Positions 11,523-28,495 of a DNA stretch of 64,000 nucleotides are shown piece after piece. The stretch covers positions 62,001 to 126,000 of the forward strand of contig OZ316893.1 in assembly GCA_973895155.1 (NCBI GenBank), given 5' to 3'. The first letter of the stretch is position 1, and the number at the start of each line of letters is the position of its first letter. The DNA is from Marsupella aquatica (Eukaryota > Plantae > Marchantiophyta). Made by a program: the position numbers and the translations under genes. A model generated the notes under the pieces. That model saw only the letters and a list, made by a program, of their open reading frames with translations, did no database searches and had not been told where the DNA came from.

Positions 11523-14068
11523 CGGTAATTTGCGCACAATCTCAAAGTACCATCCTTTTTGGACACAAACAGCGCGGGCGCCCCATAAGGACTCTTACTA
11601 GGACGAATGAACCCTTGGTCGATCAACTCTTCCAAGGCGTTCTTCAACATCATTCGTTCGTTCAGGTTCAGATGGTAAGGAGCTTTAGCCTGAGGAGCCG
11701 ATCTTGGCTCCAACTCAACCTGGTGATCCACTTCTCTCCTCGGGGGTAAACCTTTAGGTAGCTTTTGCGAGAGCACGTCGTTGAATTCCTCTAAAATTTC
11801 AGGGATTCTACCGCAGTCGGGCCCGACCTTAGCTGACTTAGCCTTGGGCTGCGAAGCAGCCCCCTTGACTGGGTGGAGATGAAAGAAGAAACATTCATGC
11901 CCACCCTTAAAGTCTTTCCACCATTGCTTCGCCAATACACACGGAGACAACCACGACACTTTACTTACTTTAAGAAATCTTTATTTATTTTTGGTAATTT
12001 CGTGTACAACGATGGGCTCACCGCCCTTATTGGGAAAATGAAGCACTTCATCCCCCGGTTTCAAGGTAACATTGTGCTTTCTGAGATAGCCTACCGACAA
12101 AATGAAGTCTACGGCTAGACCGTCTAGAACGTAGAACATCTCCTGACTACCAAAATTTTGCTGTTCGCCTATGACCTCTACTCGAAGTCTATGTACCACT
12201 CTAGACACTATGCCTTTTGTGTCGTTGGCAAACTTGCACACTAACGGTTGAAGCAACTCTTGCACGTCCACTCCAAGACGTGCCGCCGCCTGCCCACTTA
12301 TGAAGCAGGCGGTCGCGCCTGTATCAACCAATGCAACACCCAGATTACCGTTAGAAGTGACATTCACAAAAATCAGCTTTTCAGGACCCTTTGTCTTAAC
12401 TTTAGGTACTATCTCTGGCAACAACCCTTTCACACCGGTAGGAACATCCTCTATAGGGACCTTGTCAGTTACTAAGCGTTCGGTTAGAGCGATACTTACC
12501 TTGATGCTCTTCTGCCCCCCATCTCCGTTCGGCTTGCCACCTTTCGTGGTGCCATCCTTACTTTGATGGCCCATGGCGCCACACGTGAAGCACGACCCTT
12601 CGGCCCGCCTCTGCTCCGTGAGCGCCTACTTCTTTTCTCTCTGTGCCGATGAGGATCCCTTCTTGAAGTTGCTGGCTTTCCGGTTGTGTTTTGCATTTCC
12701 ATTCTGGGGCTGGGGATCCGAACCACCGGCCCCCGCCCCCTCTGGTTGCTTGCGCTTATTCCCGGGACCTTTTGCTTTCCCAGCTTCCCCCTCGGATCCC
12801 TTGCCACCCACCTTCGCCAAGTCCGGCCGGTTATTAACCAACGTAGTGGCCTTGTCAAAGGCGTCAGAAAGCATTTTAAAGTCATGACGCTTTTCCTGAC
12901 GCTTTTCCTGCAACTTTTCCCTGAGCAACGGCAGGAGCTTCACTATAAAGTTGTGAAGCTGCGTATGTAGGGTCTCTTGCCCTGCCGGGATACACGCCAA
13001 CTGATTCTGGTAATAGGTGATGAACTTTTGGATATCACCCCTGAAGCTCATCTCCGTTACACATTTCTGAGCATGCCGCTCTGGGTACTTAGTGGTGACG
13101 TGAGCACGGAGACCCTCAACCAGGTTTTCCCAAGATAAAGGCAAGGAGGAGTCTTCCCTCGACTTCTTCCATGACTTATACCAAGTCAAGGCATAATCGA
13201 TCCTTCAGGTAAGGAGCAGCTGCGGTAGCCCAAGTGGATCGCTCAACGCACACTTGGAGATGAATCTCCATCGTGAGAGCCAACTCAGGAAATTTTGTCC
13301 ACTTTGCTCGTAGGCCCCGTCATAAGTTGGAGGAGTCGGTAACTGGTTCACTTGGAACATACTCCGTCCAACTACCATTCCCCCTTTGGGACGTGTTGCA
13401 CTCTGACTACCCAGACTAAGTAAATACTTAATCTGGGCCCCCTTGTTGTGTTCCAGCTGCTCATAAATGAGTCGCTGGTCTTGGGTCAACGGACCCAATC
13501 CTTCGTCAGCGGCTGGGCCCTTGCGGGTTGTGTGAGGACGGTCCTCCCACCGTCTTTCCTTTGCGGGTCGCCTATCCTTAGGTTCCTTTGTGGATTTTGG
13601 TGATACTCCCCGCGCTTTGTGAGCACCATGACCTCCCGGGGCTGAGGCATCACCCTTACCACCCTGGTTCTGCTTAGTCAAATTATCCACGATGACGTCC
13701 GACTCAACATCATCTTTTGGTTCCGCGTTCAACCCTCTCAAGGCTGGGACCAGTTCCTCTTCCGGGTCCTGACCCTCTTCCTTCGATTTTGCATCCGCAT
13801 CGTCGTCACTTGCACTTGAGTCGGTGTCGTCGTTGCTCGACCCGTCCTCTGAAGGCTCGGCCACCTCCTTCCCTTTAAGTCGATGGTGCTCCTCGCTTGA
13901 CGTGTTTGCCGCGGTAGCCGACGGTTCGGCCGCCACGTCCTCATCATCCTGCTTATAATGCTCATCTAGGGAAGTTGACCCGTCCTCCTTTATTTCCTCT
14001 GGAACTTGGGTTCTCCCCTTGGTGGGGGGAGCCTGTTTGCCACTCTTTGAACGAGTGTTTTTTGCCAT
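11523..14068 (-). pseudogene. Ty3/gypsy gag-protease-RT (frameshifted)
   Basis: Gag (WENLVEGL..), zinc knuckle CFTCGAMGHQSKD, protease ALVDTGATACFIS, and RT start LPPRREVDHQVEL..IRPSKSPYGAPALFVSKKDGTLRLC. Confidence 0.92.
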
Positions 14069-14199
14069 GTCCACAGTAACCGAATCTGCCCGCAGTCGAC
14101 CCGCCGGGCACGTTGAAGCACTAAGTCCCCACAAAAATCAGTTAAGATTTTTGGATTCCGACTTAATACAACCCCGGCCCGGTGTCTATGCCAGCAATC

Positions 14200-14211
14200 G
14201 CTCTGATACCA
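14200..14211 (-). promoter_or_regulatory. Primer-binding site, initiator tRNA-Met
   Basis: TGGTATCAGAGC on the minus strand just inside the LTR. Confidence 0.9.
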
Positions 14212-14215
14212 CAAG

Positions 14216-15740
14216 TGGTGGACCTTGCCACCCGACGCCCTCACCAATCCCGACACTCACACCTAAGTGCCCCTGGTGCCCGAACGCCTCCACGGAATAC
14301 CTCAAGCAAGCACCTTAGTGCCCTTTTTGCACCACCCGCGGCCACTCCCATACGAAGCCGCACTTGCTTTCTAATACGACCGCTACTCAACGGTCCTCAC
14401 AGTCTGCACCACCAACCAAGCACTTTGGTAAGTAACCCTTCAGGATCTAGAACTCACCAAGTCTAGCATCCTAACTCAAGCTCAACAGATGTTTGGTAAG
14501 TAGGTCAGCGATAGGTCCTCCCGATGCCATGAGTCGGAACCAGAACCCATGCCCACTGTTCATCCAGAACAGCTCCTTCCTTGGGCGCGGCCCGGGTTAC
14601 CCCTCATACCTATCCATCACCAACTGACCGCCCTGACCTCAGGACATGCTCATGGCCCAAAATTGTCCCAAAGCTTGTCCCAACGCGCCAGGACCAGAAT
14701 GGCCCCAACTCTAGCATCCAACTCCCGATCGCCCCGTTGATGGTCTAGGGGCCAAACACCATTGGGGCTCAACCTCCCACCTACTTGGCCTTGCCTTGCC
14801 AACGCAAGCTCCCTAGGGAGACTGAACGCGGCTTGGCTGCTGTTCGGTGGGATTTGGCAAGCGGGCGAACTAACACCCGCTTTCCCCGAGAACCCATGGC
14901 GCCCCCAGACCCAGCTGAGCTCAGGAGGTCGTAGCCCACCTCAAGAGCTTTCCAACGCACCCAAGAAGTCCTCCAACGGACTTCCCGTTGGGAAGATATC
15001 GTCGTTTCCGTTTAGCGTCTCCCCTTAGTGTTGCGACCGCCGTGGCTCACGACTTGGGCTCGCCCTTGGCCCCCAGGGAGACACCACTCCCCTCATATAT
15101 GCTTCTGGGGACCTGCCACCCCCAGACCAGCTTTGGTCCTCATTATTTGGCATACAACCCGATTCCTATTTCGCATAGCGGGCGCGCCACCAACTGGCAA
15201 CGCCCATAACTTTCTTGTTAGGCATCCGCAAATGGAGTGCCTTAGCCCATTGTGACCGGGCCGACCCGGTGCTCATGCCTAGGCCCTCAATTCTGATTGC
15301 CGCTCGGGGCCCCCGATCGGCCCAACCCGGATTGGGCCATAACTTGCGCCCCAAGTGTCCGTTACCACTGGAGTCAACTCCATTGGCCTTGGGCCCGAGA
15401 GGAGCTCATACTCAAGCCCTCAGAACTCAAAGTCCGTCCGGTGGCCCGGACGGTCGACCTTGAGCCCAGCCCTTATCCCGCTTGACCCGGCTAGCACTCG
15501 GCTCGCCAAGGTCCTTAGTGTGTGTCACCAGCTTGACGCCATGCCTTCGCCAGTGCCACTTCCCAATGCTCACTAGTCTCCCCATGCTAAGTCCTCCCCG
15601 GATGGCCTATTCGGGCCTGGACCATAAGGGAGCTCGGCGTCGGAGTCAACGACGCCGGAGCTAAGTGTTGAGGTAGTCGAGTTCCGCGACTTCCAAGCGG
15701 TATGGCCCTGCGGCATTGTGGGCCAAGTTGGATTCCACCC
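14216..15740 (-). mobile_element. 5' LTR (~1.5 kb) of gypsy element 1
   Basis: Adjacent to the PBS; bounded by short inverted termini TGGTGGA...TCCACC. The partner LTR lies outside the window, so the outer edge is approximate. Confidence 0.6.
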
Positions 15741-15994
15741 CAGAAGAGTTCCCTGTAAGTAGGAATCCAAAAACATTCCTTGGCAATGCTAGTTGTATAA
15801 GCTCTATTGTGTGGGCATGTATTGATACAAGCAATATGTCATGTGCAGGTGGATTGGACTCCTCCTGAGGGGTTAGTGGCACGGGCCATCATAGAGGATG
15901 AGCAGACGGACATTGTACCCAATGAGGAGGGTACCCAGGAGGAGACACCTCTAACTTGTGGGCAACAGGGCATTGCAGGCACACAGGCTCGTGA

Positions 15995-16155
15995 CAGAGA
16001 GAGAGGTGAGGGAGGGAGAGATAGAGGGAGGGAGAGAGAGAGGTGAGGGAGGGAGAGAGGTGAGGGAGGGAGGGAGGGAGGGAGGGAGGGAGAGAGGGAG
16101 AGATAGAGGGAGGGAGAGAGAGAGAGATGAGGGAAGGAGAGAGAGAGAGGGAGGA
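15995..16155 (+). repeat. GA/GGGA simple repeat
   Basis: gagagaggtgagggagggag... runs. Confidence 0.9.
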
Positions 16156-16366
16156 CGAGGAGCCATGTCCACAGGGACTCCACCAGGAGATCCCGTGACA
16201 CTAGAGGCAAGGGTGCGGAGCAGACAGATCCTTTGTCCTCCAGTAGTAGTAGCTCAAATGAGGATGAGCAGAGGTTTGAGTTGCGCAGTCGAGGCGGACA
16301 GTCAGGAGGTGCGCAAGAGAGGTCCCTTCGTAGGTCTGGACGGAACAGGAGCCACTCTCAACGACA

Positions 16367-16389
16367 TTAGGGTTTAGGGTTTAGGGTTT
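16367..16389 (+). repeat. Interstitial plant telomere repeat (TTTAGGG)~3 / telo-box
   Basis: ttagggtttagggtttagggttt. Confidence 0.85.
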
Positions 16390-16639
16390 CTTTGCAGGAC
16401 TTCCTCCTGAATTTTGTAAATCTCCCAATTCAATTTTGATCTCACCCATATGTAGTGGTGCCACATTCCAGGATTGAATTGTGTACAATGGGCATGTATT
16501 GATCTTGAACACTTGATTGTGTATTTTGTATGTATTCCCTACCCCCTAAAATGCACAACCCTCCCACATAACCATGGAGCCCTAAACAATATCATAGGTC
16601 AGTATAACCCCACAAAAGCCAGATAATGTTAGTATATAT

Positions 16640-17065
16640 ACCTCGTCTATGGGAAGAAGCAGACGTCTTATTTGGCAATGTTGAATTAATTACGTCTTTC
16701 CAAAAGACCAACATTACGTCCTGACTAAAGACACACGCTAGCCTAAACGTCCTTTTTAAGGCCTCGTGTAAACACGTTATACAGGACGTTATTAAGTATA
16801 ACGTCGTATTTACGGACGTAAATTACTGGAATTGTCTGACTAAACTCTTCCCATTGGAACGTTGTTATTTACTACGTCCATCAGATTACGTCGCATAAAA
16901 TGAGGTAACTAACGTCGTGGTAGACGACATTAATGAGATCGTCTGGGTCTGGGCTCTTAACGTGCCCAGTTTCACGTCGCCAAAATCGACTTTGCTTCGG
17001 GGCAAGTTTACGTCGAGTAAAGCGTCAACTCAGATTATGTTAAACCCTCAAGAAATGTAGTTGTG
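16640..17065 (-). mobile_element. Possible CACTA-like terminal/subterminal region
   Basis: Dense (G)ACGT(C) motifs ending at GTAGTTGTG (minus strand CACAACTAC). No partner TIR found. Confidence 0.3.
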
Positions 17066-17149
17066 ATGTCACCAGCTAATACAAAAGCAATCACCAGCTC
17101 ATTATGTCCTAACGGTAAGTGACTTTTATGTCCTGAGCCGTAACTCATG

Positions 17150-18650
17150 TACAACTGTGCTTTGACACGCCCTCCTAGATGCATCAAGAAGATCACTGAC
17201 CTGTGCTCACCATAGCTTGGTTGGATTGATGAGGAGATTATTCATAGCAAGGTGAGAAACAACAGACCCAATGGGTAGGCTTAATTTATTAGGTTCTATT
17301 GTAAGGTCAAGTTGTGCCCTGGTCAGCCTACTTTTTAAGGTTTTTTGTTTTTAGCCAATGTGGCAAATGTCAACCTCTCTAAGGGAAGAAATGCTAAGAA
17401 TATTCTTTATCAAAATTCCAGGATTATTTCCTGACTGTCAAATTTCCCTCTATTTATGAACAACAGTTAGATTCTAGCAAATGGGGTCCATGATTTGGTG
17501 GGAAAGTGGCGAAGAAAAGACACAAAATCTAACAAGTTTTTGCCAACAGTGGCAAACAGTTTTGGGGAGGTGGCTTTGGCAAAAATTCACACCTAAAAAA
17601 TATGTTGGCCCTGGCCTTAGTGCAAACAGCCTACAGGAGTGTGATAGATGGCAGTGGGAATGGAAAGGCAGAAACGAGGTTGGTGCTTCCCCAATATGAC
17701 CTGTGTGAACTGCTCGCTTCCCATCTTGGTCGTCAACAAGCTTCCCATCTTGGTCATCAACAATTCAGCATATCGAAATGTTGACACACAATGGAAGAAT
17801 TTGTAGGGAGGTTGGTCCATGCCTAAGGTGAGGTTCATTTTTTGGCTCTTATTGAATCACATTTTCTTCACAAATGGGAGGGGAAGCCATTGGAAGTTGT
17901 GTGATGGTATCTTCTCCAGGTGTATATCATGCTTTGAGCATACTCAACACCTTTTCTTCAGTTGAAACAAAGTTACAAAGAGGTGGAGACGAGGGTGGAG
18001 AGAGATCCAACAACTAGTGCTAGGTTCTCCTGCACTTAAGGTGACTACCAGTACAATGTTTAAGGCCATTGACAGTGCAATTTTGAAGTATGAATGGAAT
18101 CATGGAATTATGCCACAACATATGGAAAGAAACAAACAAACCCACCTACTCTCAATTTCTTGGGATACGTCCGGATTGGGTGGTCTTCCATAACACTAAC
18201 TTGACGTTGGAATCCATGATAGGCTTCTGTCATTCTGCTAAGAAAGCTAAGCAGGTCAAAGATGTCATTGAGCTACTCCAGGTCGTGCTGAAACCTCGGG
18301 AACAGACTCATAGTCCAGTCTCGCTTGGAGTTGAAGATGAGGAAAGTAGATAGGATCTTGCAGCTGACCAGGTATGGTATACATCTTAGGGAGAGTAGTA
18401 GCAGAGAGCCCTGGTGTACCCGGGGGTGTACCAGCCGCTGGGATCAGGAGTTGGCCATGGTTTGGTGGTTGCTTTTGATTGCTTGACATGACTAGTCTTG
18501 GACTTTCCGGGTTGGACTTTTTGTCCTGCCTGGGCCTTGGTGTGTTCCTCCCTGGGTGGCGTTTGTCCCTGGAGTGGTGTGTTGGGGTGCACCTCCCTCA
18601 TTTTGGCGCCACCCTTGTGGGGCACTTGGTTGTAAAAGAAAAAGAAAAGA
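17150..18650 (+). mobile_element. Decayed L1-type LINE 3' fragment (zf-RVT) with A-rich tail
   Basis: WKNL*GG..PKVRFIFWLLL and C..C.EHTQHLFFS (~17790-17990); tail aaaagaaaaagaaaaga at ~18633-18650. Confidence 0.65.
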
Positions 18651-18983
18651 AGATGGCGATCCCTAGTAGCACAGAGGTGCCACTATGAAATGCTAAATGA
18701 AAGTCTGACAAACTTCCAGTACAACCTGATAATTATCAACATTTGATTCCATCCGTCAATCTAAGCAATTCGATGGTTTGCAACTTGCCTTGTGACCATT
18801 AATGTGCGCTGTCCTCTTTGTTAGCCAGTGCTTTATTAATTGCATGCTTCACTTCATCAGGTCCAACTGTTTGAGCTCTCATGAGTTTTCAACTTAGGCT
18901 TCTAGGTCCATTCTGGAAAATCTGGCGGCCTAGAAAAACCCAAGGATAATTCCAAATGTAGTGAATTTCTTCTCACCTTGTTA

Positions 18984-24297
<5,314 letters not shown>

Positions 24298-25198
24298 AGA
24301 ATTCGCCTAATGGCCTTCTCTCATAATTTTTTAAATGAGAATTTTGCATTCTACATTCTCTAATCTGTCGCATCCTTGTGAGCATCTTGTCTTCAGATTG
24401 ACAGGATATCTATCTGAGTGCGCTGTTTATGTTATGCCCTTTCCTTCTTGAAAGCTGTCATTGGTCTGGACCCAGAATGGCGCATTGGATTATGGATGGT
24501 ATTCCAATTGTTGTCTCCAAGCTTTGCACCATTTTCATACCAAGCAAGTGTGACGTGACCGCTCATTCGAACGAATTACTTGAGAATGCATTCTCTGGAC
24601 ATGGGAATGCATTTTGGTCAAGAATCATGTAAAAACAACCACTTCCTAGCAAAGACTCCATGGGCGCCTATCTAATTAAGGTCTAGTGAGTTGTAAAAAC
24701 ATCACACAATGCGCCTAGTGACCAACCCGAGATTCTCGACACTTGCAAGTTGGAAACTACAAAGTCGATCGAAACTTTACAATAAATCATCGATATCAAA
24801 ATGGGAATGATACCCACATCGGTGCAGTCGGTATTGATTCTATGAGTGAGCCCAAGACGAAAGAAAGTAAACGAAATCGTTTAGAAGAAGCATTTTCTGG
24901 AAGATTGTTCTGGACGACACAATCGCGAGACCTCTACAGTCAGTCCTACTCTTTACGTTATCTACATTTCATATCCCGAGGATGAGTCCTAAAAGTTATC
25001 CAAACACTAAGGGAGCTCCAATATTATCCCTTCGACTCGATCATACCATCGCGCTAAACATGATACACGTATCGCTTCGCCAAAAAAAGGAAATCTTTGC
25101 AATCGAATGCAGACGCACAGTTCACACTTTGTTAACTGGCCCAATCGCCTCATTGCTCCCCGATGCTCAGCTCGATGATTGTCATACAGCAAAATCGA

Positions 25199-25553
25199 CT
25201 ACATCACAGCTCCACAGCATAAACTATCTCCCGTCTGTTGATGCGCCTGTTCCTTGGCCATCTGATCTGCTAAATCATTCCATTTCGACTTCCAGTCTCT
25301 TCCATTTGTGTGCGCCAGGACATGCGTCCAGAAGATGCGTCGTTCACCCTGCTCCCTCAGCAACCACTTCAACAAATCACTGTTCAAAACGGGGGCTCCA
25401 TCAGCTTTGACCCATCCTCGTGCTATCCATCCCGGAATCCATTCAGTCATGGAGCGGATGAGCAGCATGCTATCAGAGTAGATGTAAAGCGGCTTCACTT
25501 TCGCCTTTGAAACCTGCGGAAGTCTACAATTGGGTTTTGTTATTGCATCTGTC
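25199..25553 (-). CDS. RNase H1-type C-terminal half (exon fragment)
   Basis: YIYSDS..TEWIPGWIARGW..VLNSDL..WTHVLAHT..WNDLADQMAK, preceded by AG acceptors at ~25514 and ~25554. The N-terminal D/E motifs are absent. Confidence 0.8.
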
Positions 25554-25733
25554 TGTCAATGAAGATTTGGAGAAGAAAAAACATAGGGCAGTCTCCTCTT
25601 CGCCAAGGTGAGACAGTTGATGCCAATCAACAGCAATCGAGTTGACAGAACTCAACAAATATGGAAGAACACGAATTTCAGGGAAAGCAGATCACCTTCC
25701 AATGAGTTACTGCTACGAGTATCAGAATCCTGT

Positions 25734-27822
25734 CTACAGCTTTCTGCCAAACACGCGACATCGTTCGCAACGTTTCTTGCAGATATCCTCAAGCATCTTC
25801 GCTGCTGCTGTACGTTCCTGCTGCATTTGTTTTGCCCGGGATCTCATCAATTGACGTTCTTCCTTACCGCCGTTAGAAAAGTCATCGAGCCATTCAGCTA
25901 TAAGTTTCCCGAGTTGGTACATGTCCGATCCCTTGGTGTATCTTTTCCTTTTCCTTTTCCTTTTCCTTTTCCTTTTGTCATTGTCTTCTTCCAACGTTTC
26001 CGCATCCCAACCCGTTAAGTCCTCACCAACCCATACTTCATTGTCGTCTCCAGCAGCTTCCAAGTCTATGATCACCCATTTCCATTCACCCAAATCATTT
26101 ACTTTGATAACATTGGGCCACCTTATGTCCCTGTGGGTGTAGCCTTTCATGTGCAAGTCCGCAAGGCCGCATAACATGTCATGCGTGGCATTTACTAAAT
26201 CCTTGCAATCCTTAGGCTTTGCATATGGGTCACCAACAGGTTGTAGTCGCAATACTGTTCTAGCCTTGGATCGTCGGACGGATATAAGTTGGATCAGGTA
26301 CCTGGAGCCAGCGATTTTTTCATACAGGCATTCTATCGCGGTCACCTTCTCTTTCGTCAATCCTGGGATTTCCTTCGTCACGCAGTCAGGATAGATCGTC
26401 ACTGCTCCACCATAAACTCTTGCTATTGGCTTATATAATGCCAAGGGGATGTCACTATCCAGTTCTTCCTGTAGTTTCTGTAGGAGACAGTGCATCCGAA
26501 TGGTGCTATGTAGGAACTTGGCTACATCGCTCAACATATTCAAGTCATAGAGTTGTGAGATACTTTCACAAAGAATTTCCTTGCCTCGCGGATAGAGCTT
26601 CAGCCATTGAAACTGCCTTCCACCGGAGCAACCACCAATCACATAAGGGAGCTTACCATAGAACAAAGGGCTCCATGCCTTTAATTTTGAGGTGTTCTCA
26701 CCTGCAGCCTCGTGCCGAAGTGCCGAGTCTGTCTTATTCTCCCATCGGAGAATGAGACAATCCCTCACAAACAGCTGAAAATCTGGTCTTAAAAGCGGTT
26801 TTAGTGGTCGCGATGCTGGAGTAGTAGTCGAGGGATTGGGTGAATCCAGTAACCAGACCAAACCTTGTAATTTTGCGTTTGCTGGAGCCTCGTCATTTAA
26901 TAATGAGATGAAATCTCCAGTGAGTTTAGCCAATTCATGTGAGCTCGTGGCCTCATTGCCTGGACAATGACGCATTATCTCTCCGAACGCACTGTCGCAG
27001 AAGGTTGCCAACTCTCCCGCCACTGCGGGAATATCAAGCTCCACCAGCTCAGAAGAGCATATTTTCTTGAATTTTACAAGATTGCGAATTGGGAGCGGTA
27101 CTGGTGTCTGGGACAAAAACTCCGAGAGTTCAAGGGCACTTCGTGGGAGCGTCGGAGGTGGTTCCAACAGTTTCCCAAAATAGCGCTCTCTAGCTTCAAT
27201 ATTAGCTTTTGCCTGAGCTCCCTCTGCATACACATCGGTCTCTAAGTGTTGAAGAGGATGAGAAAAACAGGAAAGTCATCCAATAATCACTCGAGCAATG
27301 AGCCCTACAAATTTGGCACGATTCCGGCAGAAATGCTTTATCGGTTCGGCAAAGCAGGAAGAGACACAGGACACCTGTTATTGCAACAGTACTTTCCAAA
27401 CAAATGCCAGAGCAAGGGCGACAGCTGCTGTCCATGATACCCTTGATCACTTTTCAGCAAAGAAAACAAAGCAGCAACAGAGGGGTGCTCAAAGGAAAAA
27501 ACTCAACGAAAAGACAAACCAGAACAAGAACCACAAGATACTGACGAGAAACACATTGCTGTGAAATTCAGTTGGAATTACCATCCGTAGAGTTTCCTTT
27601 TTGAAGCTGAATTGCCGACTCAACTGCCAGTATCAATCCGCCAGGTGCCTTTGGGAACAGGCGCTGGATTAAGTCTTCGAGGCGCTTTTCCGACATCACT
27701 AGCAACGTAGATACTCCGACGCAGTCAAGGCATAGTTTCGCAGCAACGTCTCGCAGTCGTGTTTCGTCATGAATAGTTCTCCGAAGCAGGTTCATCATAT
27801 TTTCTTCTTCACCACTCGCCAT
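25734..27822 (-). CDS. Crinkler-like protein: SAM-like header + PD-(D/E)xK REase-like domain + kinase
   Basis: Exon 27822-27582 (phase-1 donor), an optional exon ~27450-27375, and an acceptor at 27241 into a 499-aa ORF. Motifs: RPDF..LRWENK..A..E...KL..WSPLFYGKLPY (REase-like) and HRDIRWPNVI, IIDLE, SDMYQLG (kinase). Confidence 0.75.
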
Positions 27823-28252
27823 TGGATCTTGCAGGCTGAACAATATACTGCTTACTTCTTCAGATATATGCTATGAAACCAGGCAGAGACAAGACAGCCA
27901 CAAACGCAAGTTATAACAAAAGAAAGCACATACAAATGACAAGCAGAAACGAAACCCTCGGGTTGACAGAAATCGTAGCAACAGAGGAAGCGACAGAGGA
28001 AAGAGCACCACAAGGATGAAAACTACGGTACAAGGCCGTGAAACTCACCATCCACCAAACCCTGGATCACCGAAAACCCAGTCCAAATCCTGCAAACGCA
28101 CGATGTAAGGCCATTTGATCCGCAGTGTATCATGACAATCAATTAAACATGCAACGATTCACCACCTCAAAATTTCCAAACCAGACTGCTAGCGAATCCG
28201 CCTCACTTCAGTCTATGCCGAACAGACCAGTATACCGAATGCTCGGACTCTT
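27488..28252. repeat. ~765 bp segmental duplication, copy A (5'UTR + header exon)
   Basis: Aligns by eye to 30688-31457. Confidence 0.9.
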
Positions 28253-28299
28253 TATGCCGACGGCCTCCTCGGTCGGCAGACAAGGAGTTGATCCGTTCC

Positions 28300-28495
28300 C
28301 GACCAGTTGTGCCTTGTGTAAACCCCCGGGCCTATATTTGAGACCTCCCAATGTTATCCGTTGCCGACCTGTTGTGCCTTGTGTAACCTCCGGGTCTATA
28401 TTTGAGAACCCCTATGTATATGTTTATGGTCCTTCCTTACTCCGGGTCTATATTTGAGAACCCCTATGTATGTGTTTATGGTCCTTCCTTACTCC
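28300..28495 (+). repeat. Short tandem duplications (~52-62 bp)
   Basis: ccgggtctatatttgagaacccctatgta..gtttatggtccttccttac occurs twice, plus a diverged first copy. Confidence 0.75.

Noticed and set aside
14000-15700. Many short overlapping ORFs
   Set aside because: Shadow ORFs in GC-rich LTR DNA with no recognisable domains.
14216-15740. LTR ends GGTGGA/TCCACC match the first bases of the DNA transposon TIR
   Set aside because: Only 6 bp; most likely coincidence.
15807-16377. ORFs rich in R/E/G or S/L/P
   Set aside because: Artefacts of the GA simple repeat.
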